From positions 3,200,001 to 3,264,000 of the forward strand of contig CAWCKH010000004.1 of the NCBI GenBank assembly GCA_963796055.1: 64,000 nt of DNA. The letters are read 5' to 3'. This document shows positions 1 through 8,675 of the stretch, one piece after another. How positions within the stretch are numbered: the stretch's first letter is position 1; the number at the start of each line of letters is the position of its first letter. The translations under genes were made by a program, and so were the position numbers. The notes below the pieces were generated by a model, which was not told the origin of the DNA, made no database searches, and worked only from the letters and a program-made list of their open reading frames with translations. This stretch comes from an uncultured delta proteobacterium. Its GTDB lineage: Bacteria > Myxococcota > Myxococcia > Myxococcales > Myxococcaceae.

Positions 1-567
1 TACCGGCTGGCGAAGGAGCTGTCGACCGTCGCCAACGCCGGCGACCGCGACCCGATGTTCATCGCCGACGGCGGGAACTGGGTGGCGCTGGCGGCGAAGG
101 TGCTCACGCTCAAGGCGCCGGGCCGCTGGCTCGACCCCGGCCCGCTCGGCTGCCTTGGCGTGGGAGCGCCCTTCGCCATCGCGGCCAAGCTGCTCCACCC
201 CGAGCGGCAGGTTTGGGTGGTGCAGGGCGATGGATCGTTCGGGCTCAACGGCATGGACTTCGAGACCGCAGTCCGCTTCAAGCTCCCGATGATCTGCGTG
301 GTGGGCAACGACGCCGCCTGGGGGCAGATCCGCCTGCCGCAGGTCGGGATGTTCGGACCGGAGAAGTCGCCGGCCACCTTGCTCGCGCCCACCCGGTACG
401 ACGAGGTCGTCAAGGCGTTCGGCGGCTGGGGGGAGCTGGTCACCGAGCCCGCGCAGATCCGCCCGGCGCTGGAGCGGGCGCTCGCCGCCGGCACCGTGGC
501 CTGCGTGAACGTGATGCTCGATCCACAGGCCCCCGCCACCTCGGGGGCGATGGGGTACGCGGTATGA
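1..567 (+). CDS. Thiamine diphosphate-dependent enzyme, acetolactate synthase / 2-hydroxyacyl-CoA lyase-like (5' truncated by window edge)
   Basis: Frame open from base 1; ThDP motif GDGSFG...NDAAWG; GCLGVGAPFAIAAKL segment typical of the ALS-like C-terminal domain. Confidence 0.85.
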   Translation, partial: YRLAKELSTVANAGDRDPMFIADGGNWVALAAKVLTLKAPGRWLDPGPLGCLGVGAPFAIAAKLLHPERQVWVVQGDGSFGLNGMDFETAVRFKLPMICVVGNDAAWGQIRLPQVGMFGPEKSPATLLAPTRYDEVVKAFGGWGELVTEPAQIRPALERALAAGTVACVNVMLDPQAPATSGAMGYAV

Positions 568-1112
568 AGCCGCAGCAGCTGAAGCGCGAGGACACCGCGC
601 TCCTGGTGGTGGATGTCCAGGAGCGGCTGGCCGCGGCGATGGAGCCGGAGGCGGTGGCGCGGATGCTCGCCCGCCTCGGGGCCCTCATCGAGGGTGCGCG
701 GGTGCTCGGGCTGCCGATCGCCGTCACCGAGCAGTACCCGAAGGGGCTCGGGCACACGGTGCCCACCATTCGCCAGCGGCTGGGGGACGTCCCGATCGTG
801 GAGAAGCTCCGATTCTCGGCGCTGGACGACAAAGTCCGGGCGCGCCTCTCCGGGCGGCGGCACGTGGTGGTTGCCGGGATGGAGACGCACGTCTGCGTGT
901 ACCAGACCGTCCGGGACCTGGTGCTCGAGGGAAGGCACCCCACGGTGTGCATGGACGCGGTGCTGAGTCGGACCTCGGTGGACCGCGACGCCGGGCTGGA
1001 GCTGGCGCGCGCGGCCGGGGCGACGCTCTCCTCGGTCGAGGCAGTGCTGTTCGATCTCCTCGGGGTCGCCGACACGCCGGAGTTCAAGCGCATCTCGGCC
1101 GCGGTGAAGTGA
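564..1112 (+). CDS. Isochorismatase family cysteine hydrolase
   Basis: ATG at 564 overlaps upstream TGA; motifs LLVVDVQE, TEQYPKGLG, EKLRFS, GMETHVCV. Confidence 0.9.
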   Translation: MKPQQLKREDTALLVVDVQERLAAAMEPEAVARMLARLGALIEGARVLGLPIAVTEQYPKGLGHTVPTIRQRLGDVPIVEKLRFSALDDKVRARLSGRRHVVVAGMETHVCVYQTVRDLVLEGRHPTVCMDAVLSRTSVDRDAGLELARAAGATLSSVEAVLFDLLGVADTPEFKRISAAVK

Positions 1113-1171
1113 CGCGGGGAGGCTCGTTCCAAGGCGCGCAGCCCATGGGATGCTCTTCGACTCGACCCGGC

Positions 1172-1603
1172 TCAAGCGAGCCGGGTCAGGGCCGAACGCA
1201 TCTTCTCCGGGAGGTCCACCGGCCTGCGCGTCGTCCGGTCCACGAAGACGTGCACGAAGTGGCCCTGGGCGGCCGCGGCCTCCTCGCCAGCGCGAAAGAT
1301 GCCCACCTCGTAGCGGACGCTCGATCGGCCGAGCCTCGCAACCCTCAACCCCGCATCGAGCAGGTCGGGAAAGGCGAGCGAGGAGAGGTATCGGCACTGG
1401 GACTCGACGCAGAGCCCGATGACCGGACTCGACTCGATGTCCAGGCCGCCCTCGTTCACCAGGAACGCGTTCACCACCGTGTCGAAGTACGAGTAGTACA
1501 CGACGTTGTTGACGTGCCCGTAGACGTCGTTGTCCATCCAGCGCGTCGGGATGCGCCGGAAGTAGTGGTACGCCGTCCGCTGCTCGGGCTCGGGTCGGGA
1601 CAT
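1172..1603 (-). CDS. Acyl-CoA thioesterase (4HBT/YbgC hotdog fold)
   Basis: [21 protein letters not shown] signature; [11 protein letters not shown]. Confidence 0.9.
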   Translation of the reverse strand: MSRPEPEQRTAYHYFRRIPTRWMDNDVYGHVNNVVYYSYFDTVVNAFLVNEGGLDIESSPVIGLCVESQCRYLSSLAFPDLLDAGLRVARLGRSSVRYEVGIFRAGEEAAAAQGHFVHVFVDRTTRRPVDLPEKMRSALTRLA

Positions 1604-1674
1604 GGGAGGTGCTGCGCCAGAGGAGACCTCATCCCCTGGTCGGCAGGGAAGTCCCCAGCATCACCGCTCGGGGG

Positions 1675-2607
1675 TCAGTGGGCGGCGAGCTGCGCGCGGC
1701 GCATCAGCCACGCGCCCGCGACGCACACCGCCCCGCCGAGGATCGACAGCAGGGCCACGTGCTCGCCCCGGATCAACCATCCGAGGACCAGGGCCACGCC
1801 GGGGATGAGGAAGGTGGTCGCCGAGGCCCGGGTGGCGCCCACCCGGCCCGCCGCCACCGCGAGCAGCACATAGGCCACGCCGGTCCCCAGCGCGCCGAGC
1901 GCCAGGACCGAGAGCAGCGGCCCGAGGGTCCAGTGCGCGCGCACGAGCTCCGGGACGCCGAGCGGCGCGGTCATCAGGAGGGCCCAGCCCTGCGCGCGCC
2001 AGATGACCGGGAGCGCTCCGCTGCGCTGCTGCAGCGGACGGGCCAGGTTGAGCGCGAAGCCGTAACAGCTCACACCGGCGAGCACGAGCAGCACGCCGTC
2101 GATGCTGCTCCCGCCCAGGCGAAGGCTCGGCCACGCCACCAGCACGGTGCCGGCGAGGCCCACCGCCAGGCCGACCAGCACGTCCCGGCCCGGCAGCCGG
2201 CGCGAGAGGCCCGCGGCGACGATGGCCACGAAGAGCGGGTTGGCCCCGTTCAGCATCCCGGTGAGCGCCGAGGAGACCCGCTGCTCGGCGAAGGGGAACA
2301 TGCTCAGCGGCAGCGCGAGCCAGATGAGCCCGAGCAGCACCACCTTTCCGCGGTCCTCGCGGGCGAGGGGCCCCCGCGCGCTGGGGACCAGCCCGAGGGT
2401 GACGAAGCCCACCAGGATGCGGGTGAAGGTCAGGCCATTGGGTGCGATCGACTCCAGTCCCTCGGCGATGAAGAGGAACGAGGCGCCCCAGATGAGACCG
2501 GGACCGAGGAGGAGAAGCCAGTCCGCGCCGTGAGGCCGGGTGGGTGGTTCGGCCGGGGCGGCCACCGGAGCCGGTGGAGCGGGGGAGACGTCGAGCGAGG
2601 CGCGCAT
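1675..2607 (-). CDS. DMT/EamA family transporter
   Basis: About 10 hydrophobic segments; IWGASFLFI, GALGTGVAY, duplicated EamA architecture. Confidence 0.9.
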   Translation of the reverse strand: MRASLDVSPAPPAPVAAPAEPPTRPHGADWLLLLGPGLIWGASFLFIAEGLESIAPNGLTFTRILVGFVTLGLVPSARGPLAREDRGKVVLLGLIWLALPLSMFPFAEQRVSSALTGMLNGANPLFVAIVAAGLSRRLPGRDVLVGLAVGLAGTVLVAWPSLRLGGSSIDGVLLVLAGVSCYGFALNLARPLQQRSGALPVIWRAQGWALLMTAPLGVPELVRAHWTLGPLLSVLALGALGTGVAYVLLAVAAGRVGATRASATTFLIPGVALVLGWLIRGEHVALLSILGGAVCVAGAWLMRRAQLAAH

Positions 2608-2616
2608 GGTGTCCGG

Positions 2617-3033
2617 TCAGGAGTGCTCGGTGTCCGGGCCCCGCGCGGCCAGGAGCAACGCGGCCGCCGAGGCGGAGAACACCGAGTAATCGAGCGGCGA
2701 TTTGATTCCCAGGGAGATTGCCATCGCCAGGCCGAACACGGCGAGCAGCGCCGCCGACGCCGCCGAGACCACCCGGGGCCAGACCCCGAGCACGAGTGCG
2801 AGGCCGAGCCCGAGCTCGGCGGCGGTGGCGGTCCAGGCCAGGAAGGGGATGGTGGCGCGGGGCATGAAGGCGTTCACCTCGGCGGTGTATTGCTCGAAGC
2901 GCTCGAAGCTGCCGTACCCCACGCCCTTGCCCCAGAGGCCGAACCGGCTGGCGATGCCGGAGAGAAAGGCGGCGCCGAGCGCCAGCCGGGCGTAGCGGGG
3001 GGCCGCCCGGGCGAGCCAGTCAGGAAGGTGCAT
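2617..3033 (-). CDS. DoxX family membrane protein
   Basis: RLALGAAFLS..ASRFGLWG, AELGLGLALVLG, KSPLDYSVF; 3-4 TM helices. Confidence 0.8.
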   Translation of the reverse strand: MHLPDWLARAAPRYARLALGAAFLSGIASRFGLWGKGVGYGSFERFEQYTAEVNAFMPRATIPFLAWTATAAELGLGLALVLGVWPRVVSAASAALLAVFGLAMAISLGIKSPLDYSVFSASAAALLLAARGPDTEHS

Positions 3034-3055
3034 GGTCAGAGAGGTATCGGCGGCC

Positions 3056-3099
3056 TGGACCAGCCGGAAACGCCCAATTAGGTTCCTTTGATTGGTCCA
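3056..3099. promoter_or_regulatory. Putative MocR-regulator operator in divergent promoter region
   Basis: Inverted repeat TGGACCA (3056-3062) / TGGTCCA (3093-3099) plus CCAAT (3074-3078) / ATTGG (3091-3095) in the 71-bp gap between doxX and the MocR gene. Confidence 0.5.
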
Positions 3100-3104
3100 C
3101 TTTC

Positions 3105-4616
3105 ATGCCTCGTCGCACCGGCACCTTCGAGCTGGTCCTCGCGCCCCGGGCGCGCGGACAGCCCGCGCAGCGCTGGGTGTACGAGGCGCTCCGCTCCGCC
3201 ATCCTCGGCGGCCGGCTCCGGGCCGGGGCCCGGCTCCCGGCCACCCGTGACCTCGCGCGCCAGCACGGGCTCGCCCGGGGCACCGTCGTCGCCGCCTTCT
3301 CCCAGCTCCGGGCCGAGGGCTACGTCCGGTCCACCGTGGGCTCCGGGACGTTCGTCGGGGAGGTGCCCCCGGACACGCTGCTCGGTCTGGGCGGGCCACC
3401 GGGGCGGGCAGGCCCTCCCTCCCGCGCGCTCCACGTCCGCCAGTCGCGGTTCGCGCGGCGGGTGCGACCCTTCCCGGTGCTCGAGCCACGGAGGACCCGG
3501 GCCTTCCGCACCGACCTCCCTGCGCTGGAGCTGTTCCCGGCCTCGCTCTGGGCGCAGGTGACCGGCCGCGTCCTTCGCGGGGCCTCCACCCGCCTGCTGC
3601 TGGGGTGCGAGCCGCTGGGGCACCGGCCGCTCCGGGCCGCCATCGCGGCGCACCTGCGTGCGACCCGCGGCGCGCGCTGCGAGGCGGACCAGATCGCCAT
3701 CGTCTCCGGCGTGCAGGAAGCGCTGGACCTCGCGGCGCGGATGCTGGTCGACCCGGGCGACCGGGTGTGCCTCGAGGACCCGGGCTACGGCGGCGCCGCC
3801 CGCGCCTTCGGTGCGCTGGGTGCACGGCTCGTCCCGGTGCCGGTGGACGGCGAGGGACTGGTGATCGATCGGCGGAGGCTCGCCGGGGCCCGGCTGGTCT
3901 ACACCACGCCGGCGCACCAGTACCCACTCGGGGTGACGATGAGCGTGGCGCGCAGGCTGGCCCTGCTGCGCTGGGCGCGGGCGAACGGCGCGGTGCTGTT
4001 CGAGGACGACTACGACGGCGAGTTCCGCTACCAGGGCCGCCCCATCCCGGCGCTGCAGGGGCTGGAGCCGGACGCACCGGTGCTGCTCGCCGGGAGCTTC
4101 GGGAAGGTGCTCTTCCCGGCGCTGCGGCTCGGGTACCTGGTCCTCCCCGGCCCTCTGGTGGAGCGGGTGGCCGCGCTGCGCTCGTCCACGGTGCGACATC
4201 CACCGGTGCTCGACCAGGCGTTCCTCGCCGCGTTCATCGAGGAGGGGCACCTCGGGCGGCACGTGCGGCGGATGCGCGAGGTGTACGCCGAGCGGCGGGC
4301 GGTGCTGGTCGACTCCGCTGCCCGGCTGCTCGGGGGGGCCCTGGCGCTCTCCCCGGTGGAGGCGGGGCTTCAGACCTCCGCGCTGCTCGGCCCGGGGGTG
4401 CGCGCCGAGGCGGTGGTGCGCGCCGCGGCCGAGCAGGACGTGGAGGTCACCGCGCTGGGGCGGGAGTGGCGGGGGCGCTTCCGGCGCGAGGGACTGCTCC
4501 TCGGCTTCGCCGCGGTGAGGCCCGAGGAGATCCGCCGCGGGGTGGAGGTGCTGGCGGCCGTGCTGGAACGCGGAAGGCGCCCGCCGCGGGGCGGGGAGAA
4601 TTGTTCCAGCTCCTGA
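3105..4616 (+). CDS. GntR/MocR family PLP-dependent transcriptional regulator
   Basis: N-terminal wHTH (RLPATRDLA...RGTVVAAFSQLRAEGY); aminotransferase-like domain (YTTPAHQYPLG, EDDYDGEF, GSFGKVLFPALRLGY). Confidence 0.95.
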   Translation: MPRRTGTFELVLAPRARGQPAQRWVYEALRSAILGGRLRAGARLPATRDLARQHGLARGTVVAAFSQLRAEGYVRSTVGSGTFVGEVPPDTLLGLGGPPGRAGPPSRALHVRQSRFARRVRPFPVLEPRRTRAFRTDLPALELFPASLWAQVTGRVLRGASTRLLLGCEPLGHRPLRAAIAAHLRATRGARCEADQIAIVSGVQEALDLAARMLVDPGDRVCLEDPGYGGAARAFGALGARLVPVPVDGEGLVIDRRRLAGARLVYTTPAHQYPLGVTMSVARRLALLRWARANGAVLFEDDYDGEFRYQGRPIPALQGLEPDAPVLLAGSFGKVLFPALRLGYLVLPGPLVERVAALRSSTVRHPPVLDQAFLAAFIEEGHLGRHVRRMREVYAERRAVLVDSAARLLGGALALSPVEAGLQTSALLGPGVRAEAVVRAAAEQDVEVTALGREWRGRFRREGLLLGFAAVRPEEIRRGVEVLAAVLERGRRPPRGGENCSSS

Positions 4617-4680
4617 CAGTCAGCGGGAAGTTTTCTGCACCCGGGCCGGTGTCCGGCGCTGAGCTGGGCCCGGGGTACCC

Positions 4681-5235
4681 ATGACCCAATCACCCGACGA
4701 GCTCGATCTGGTCAGCGCCGCCACCGCGCTGGAGGGCACGCTCCGGCGCCTCCGCGAGCTGGTGGAGCGCGCGTTGCACGGGTCGCTCACCACCCGGAAG
4801 CACATCGAGCGCACGGCCGCCGCGCTCACCGCGCTCGCACCCCTGGAGGCCGAGATTGGCGTCCACGCCCGGGCGCTGGTCGGGGCCATCGACCGGAGCC
4901 GGCGGATGCAGGAGGACCTCACCGGCCGGGCCCATGCCCGGGCACTTGAGCTGCAGGCCCGGAGCGCCGAGCTGCAGCTGCTGATGGACTCGCTCGGCCA
5001 GCTCGGGCAGGAGACGCACCGGGTCGCCGGAGCCTTCGAGGGGCAGACCAGCCCCGAGAGCCTGGCCGCGGCCGCGGTGGAGCTCGACGCCCTGGTGGCC
5101 CGTGCCCGCGAGCTGGCCGACCAGGCCGGCACCCGCGGGTTCGAGGACGTGCAACGTCAAGTCAACTCTCTCCGCCAGCAGCTGTCGGCGGCGCGCAACC
5201 GGCTCACCCTCTCCGGTGGTCCGGCCCGGGCGTAG
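4681..5235 (+). CDS. Hypothetical alpha-helical/coiled-coil protein
   Basis: 184 aa ORF with host-like GC3 codon usage filling the gap; A/E/L/R/Q-rich; no recognised motif. Confidence 0.65.
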   Translation: MTQSPDELDLVSAATALEGTLRRLRELVERALHGSLTTRKHIERTAAALTALAPLEAEIGVHARALVGAIDRSRRMQEDLTGRAHARALELQARSAELQLLMDSLGQLGQETHRVAGAFEGQTSPESLAAAAVELDALVARARELADQAGTRGFEDVQRQVNSLRQQLSAARNRLTLSGGPARA

Positions 5236-5307
5236 TTCCCTCGAGCCCGTGCCCCCCGCGAGCGGCCGGCGATTGCAGCTCGGGGAGTTCGGGATTACGA
5301 CGGTCAA

Positions 5308-5661
5308 ATGCCGATGGATCTCTCGGTCGACTTCCACTTCTGCGCCGCGCACCGGCTGCCCTACTACGACGGCCCTTGCTTCCGGATGCACGGGCACAAT
5401 TACCGCCTTCAAGTCTCGGTGACCGGCAAGCCCAACCCGCGCGATGGGATGATCATCGACTTCGAGGAGATCCGGAAGAAGACCTGGGAGCTCGCGCTCA
5501 ACCAGTGCGATCACCACACCCTGAACGACTTCCTCGACAATCCCACCGCGGAGAACGTGATCGTCTGGATCTGGGATCGGCTGAAGCCCCAGCTTCCCCA
5601 GCTCAAGGAGCTCCGCCTGTGGGAAACGCCCGAGTACTGCGTCACGTACAGCGCGGACTGA
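5308..5661 (+). CDS. queD: 6-carboxytetrahydropterin synthase / PTPS family (QueD-type)
   Basis: FCAAHRLP, CxxxHGHNY, DHHTLND, NPTAEN, LWETP motifs. Confidence 0.9.
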   Translation: MPMDLSVDFHFCAAHRLPYYDGPCFRMHGHNYRLQVSVTGKPNPRDGMIIDFEEIRKKTWELALNQCDHHTLNDFLDNPTAENVIVWIWDRLKPQLPQLKELRLWETPEYCVTYSAD

Positions 5662-5705
5662 GCCCGGGCGCACGGCGCTCCCGCGCCGCTCCCGACCCCG
5701 AGGCC

Positions 5706-6272
5706 ATGCGGCGCGCGGTGCAGGCCTTCCTCGAGGCGTCCGGCCTGTCGCCCGACGACCCAGAGCTGCGAGAGACGCCGGCCCGCGTCGCCGAGGCCTG
5801 GGCCCAGCACTTCCTCGACGGGTACGGCCGCGATCCGGACACGGTGCTCGCCGAGCGCATCCCCGTTCCGGACGGCTCCCGGGGCGAGCTGGTGGTGGTC
5901 ACCGGCCTTCGCTTCCACTCGATGTGCCCGCACCACCTCCTTCCCGTCGAGGGGCGGGCCCACCTCGCCTACGTGCCTGGCGCGTACGTGGTGGGGTTCG
6001 GGCGGCTGGCGGCACTGCTGGACACCTGGGCCCACCGGCTCATCCTCCAGGAGCACCTGGCGCGGGGGGTGGCTCGCTCGCTCGCGCGCGGGCTGGAGAG
6101 CCCCGGCGCCGCGTGCATCGTCGAGGCGCAGCAGGCCTGCCTGCGCGTGCGTGGCGAGGAACAGCGGGACGCGGTCACCCATGCCGAGGCCTACGAGGGG
6201 GTTCTGCGCAAGGACGGCATGCTCCGGCGCGAGCTCTGGGCCCGCATCGCGGCGGCCGGAGCCGGGTGGTGA
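5706..6272 (+). CDS. folE: GTP cyclohydrolase I (FolE)-like protein, divergent active site
   Basis: LRETPARVA, SMCPHHLLP, LILQE, ACLRVRG match the FolE T-fold; several catalytic/phosphate-binding positions substituted (see findings). Confidence 0.8.
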   Translation: MRRAVQAFLEASGLSPDDPELRETPARVAEAWAQHFLDGYGRDPDTVLAERIPVPDGSRGELVVVTGLRFHSMCPHHLLPVEGRAHLAYVPGAYVVGFGRLAALLDTWAHRLILQEHLARGVARSLARGLESPGAACIVEAQQACLRVRGEEQRDAVTHAEAYEGVLRKDGMLRRELWARIAAAGAGW

Positions 6273-6964
6273 GCGGGCTCGCCGAACGGGTCGCCCTGGT
6301 GACCGGCGGCTCGCGGGGCATCGGCAGATCGGTCGCCGAGCAGCTGGCGGCGGCGGGCGCCGCGGTGGCGGTCCTGTCCACGACCGAGGCCGGGAGCCAG
6401 GCGGTGGCCGACGCGCTGCGGGCGCGCGGAGCCAGGGCGCTGGCCATCGCCGCCGACGTGGCGGACGCGCGGGCCCTGGACCAGGCGGTGGCCACGGTGG
6501 AGCGAGGCCTCGGCCCGGTGGACGTCCTGGTGAACGACGCGGGCATCGCGCTGCGCCGCCCGGTGACGGAGATGAGCGACGCCGACTGGGACCGCGTGCT
6601 GGCGGTCAACCTGCACGGGCCCTTCTACCTCGCCCGGCGCTGCGTGCCCGGAATGGCCGAGCGACGCTGGGGAAGGGTGGTGAACGTCTCGTCGATCAGC
6701 GGCCGGGTGGGAACGGCAGGGATGGCGGCGTACTGCGCGAGCAAGTGGGGGCTCAACGGCTTCACCCAGGCGCTCGCCGCCGAGGTGAAGGAGCGCAACG
6801 TGCTGGTCGCCGCGGTGCTCCCCGGCAGCACCGACACCGAGATGCTGAGGGGCTCCGGCTGGGAGCCCGAGATGACGCCCGCCGAGGTGGCGCGGGTGGT
6901 GACCTTCCTCTGCGTCGAAGCTCCGCTGGCAATGAGCGGGAGCCTGGTGGAGATGTTCGGATGA
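6269..6964 (+). CDS. Short-chain dehydrogenase/reductase (classical SDR)
   Basis: GTG overlaps folE stop; TGGSRGIG, VNDAG, catalytic YCASK. Confidence 0.93.
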   Translation: MSGLAERVALVTGGSRGIGRSVAEQLAAAGAAVAVLSTTEAGSQAVADALRARGARALAIAADVADARALDQAVATVERGLGPVDVLVNDAGIALRRPVTEMSDADWDRVLAVNLHGPFYLARRCVPGMAERRWGRVVNVSSISGRVGTAGMAAYCASKWGLNGFTQALAAEVKERNVLVAAVLPGSTDTEMLRGSGWEPEMTPAEVARVVTFLCVEAPLAMSGSLVEMFG

Positions 6965-8355
6965 ACCGCCCTTCCAAGCAGCAGCTGGAGTCGTGCCGTA
7001 CCGCGCTGGTGGAGGCGCTCGGGGCGTCGGCGCTGAAGACCGACCCCGACGCGCTCTCGGACTACGGCCACGACGAGTCGGACCTGGGCACGACCCCCGC
7101 CGACCTGGTGGTGCTGCCCCGGACCACGGCGGAGGTCTCGGCCGTCCTGCGGATCGCCCGCGAGCACCGGGTCCCGGTGACGCCCTGCGGGGCGCGGAGC
7201 GGGAAGAGCGGCGGCTCGATGCCGGTCCACGGAGGCGTCGTGCTGAGTGTGGAGCGGATGAACACCATCCGCTCCATCTCCACCGAGGACCTGGTGGCGG
7301 TGGTCGAGCCGGGTGTCATCACCGGGGACCTCATGAAGGCGGTGGAGGCGAAGGGGCTCTTCTACCCGCCCGACCCGAACTCGTGGGAGTGGTGCACGAT
7401 CGGCGGCAACATCGCCGAGAACGCCGGGGGGCCGAGAGCGTTCAAGTACGGCGTCACCCGGGACTACGTGCTGGGCATGGAGTGGGTGATGCCCGACGGC
7501 GAGGTGCTCCGCGTCGGCCGGCGGACCATCAAGGGCGTGGCCGGCTACGACCTGGTGGGGCTGCTGGTGGGCAGCGAGGGGACCCTTGGCATCGCCACCG
7601 AGATCACCCTCCAGCTGCTCCCCCTGCCGCGCGAGGTGCAGACCGCGCTGCTGGTGTTCGCCGACGTGCGCGCCGCGGCGCGGGCGGTGAGCGCGGTGCT
7701 GGCGGCGGGCGTGTTCCCCCGCACGCTCGAGCTGATGGACGACCTGGCGGTGAAGGCGGTGGACGGCAAGGGCTTCAACTTCCCGCCCGGGACCGGGGCC
7801 TGTGTGCTGGCGGAGGTGGACGGGAACGTGCCCGAGGCGGTGTTCGGCGAGCTGGCGAGGCTCGGGGAGATCGCCGAGGAGCACGGGGCCAAGGAGACCT
7901 GGCTCGCCCAGGACGCGTCGCAGCGAGAGAGACTCTGGGCCGCCCGCCGGACGGTGAGCATCGCGCTGCGAGGCCTGGCCAAGCACAAGCTCTCGGAGGA
8001 CCTGGTGGTCCCCCGCTCGCGCATCCCGGAGATGATCGACCGGTGCAAGGCCATCGGCCAGGCACTGGGCCTGACCGTGGCGACGTACGGGCATGCCGGC
8101 GATGGAAACCTCCACGCCAACATCCTCTTCGACTCCGCCGACGAGCGGCCGAAGGTGGACGAGGCCCTCCGCCAGATGGCGGTCGTGGCCATCGAGCTCG
8201 GGGGGACCATCACCGGCGAGCACGGGGTCGGCATCGCCAAGCGTGACCTGCTGCCGCTCGAGCAGGCGCCGGGTGTCCTGGCGCTCCAGCGGAAGCTCAA
8301 GCAGCTGTTCGACCCCGAGGGGCTCCTGAACCCGGGCAAGTTCCTGCCCGACTGA
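6961..8355 (+). CDS. FAD-linked oxidase, GlcD / D-2-hydroxyacid dehydrogenase family
   Basis: ATG overlaps SDR stop; FYPPDPNS, TIGGNIAENAGG, GSEGTLG, GHAGDGNLH, GTITGEHGVG, LLNPGK. Confidence 0.93.
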   Translation: MNRPSKQQLESCRTALVEALGASALKTDPDALSDYGHDESDLGTTPADLVVLPRTTAEVSAVLRIAREHRVPVTPCGARSGKSGGSMPVHGGVVLSVERMNTIRSISTEDLVAVVEPGVITGDLMKAVEAKGLFYPPDPNSWEWCTIGGNIAENAGGPRAFKYGVTRDYVLGMEWVMPDGEVLRVGRRTIKGVAGYDLVGLLVGSEGTLGIATEITLQLLPLPREVQTALLVFADVRAAARAVSAVLAAGVFPRTLELMDDLAVKAVDGKGFNFPPGTGACVLAEVDGNVPEAVFGELARLGEIAEEHGAKETWLAQDASQRERLWAARRTVSIALRGLAKHKLSEDLVVPRSRIPEMIDRCKAIGQALGLTVATYGHAGDGNLHANILFDSADERPKVDEALRQMAVVAIELGGTITGEHGVGIAKRDLLPLEQAPGVLALQRKLKQLFDPEGLLNPGKFLPD

Positions 8356-8675
8356 AACGCCCCGCCGCCCCGGCGACACTCGAGAGCGGGCTCGGGCGCC
8401 CCAGGGACGTCTCGGAGAACTCGGTTCGGAGCCCTCGGGCCACCGGAGGGGCCGAAGATCCCGAGCAGTTCCGGGCTCCTCCGGGTGTCAGCGCCGGGGC
8501 ACGGGGGAGAGGCAAGCGAACCCGATTCCTTGCGTAAGCGGGAGGAATGGTGAGGTTCCCAGCTGTCGTGGCGCGGCGAAACCTTGGAGGTCTTCGTGCG
8601 TCCAAGGAGGGCGTGTGAAGACCCCCACGGGGTCCGAATCCCTCCAGCAAATCCGACGAAAGGAGGTTTGAGACC

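Noticed and set aside
5308..6272. queD+folE as a 7-deazaguanine DNA modification (dpd) defence island
   Set aside because: No dpdA/tgt, queC or queE and no mobility or compositional signal nearby
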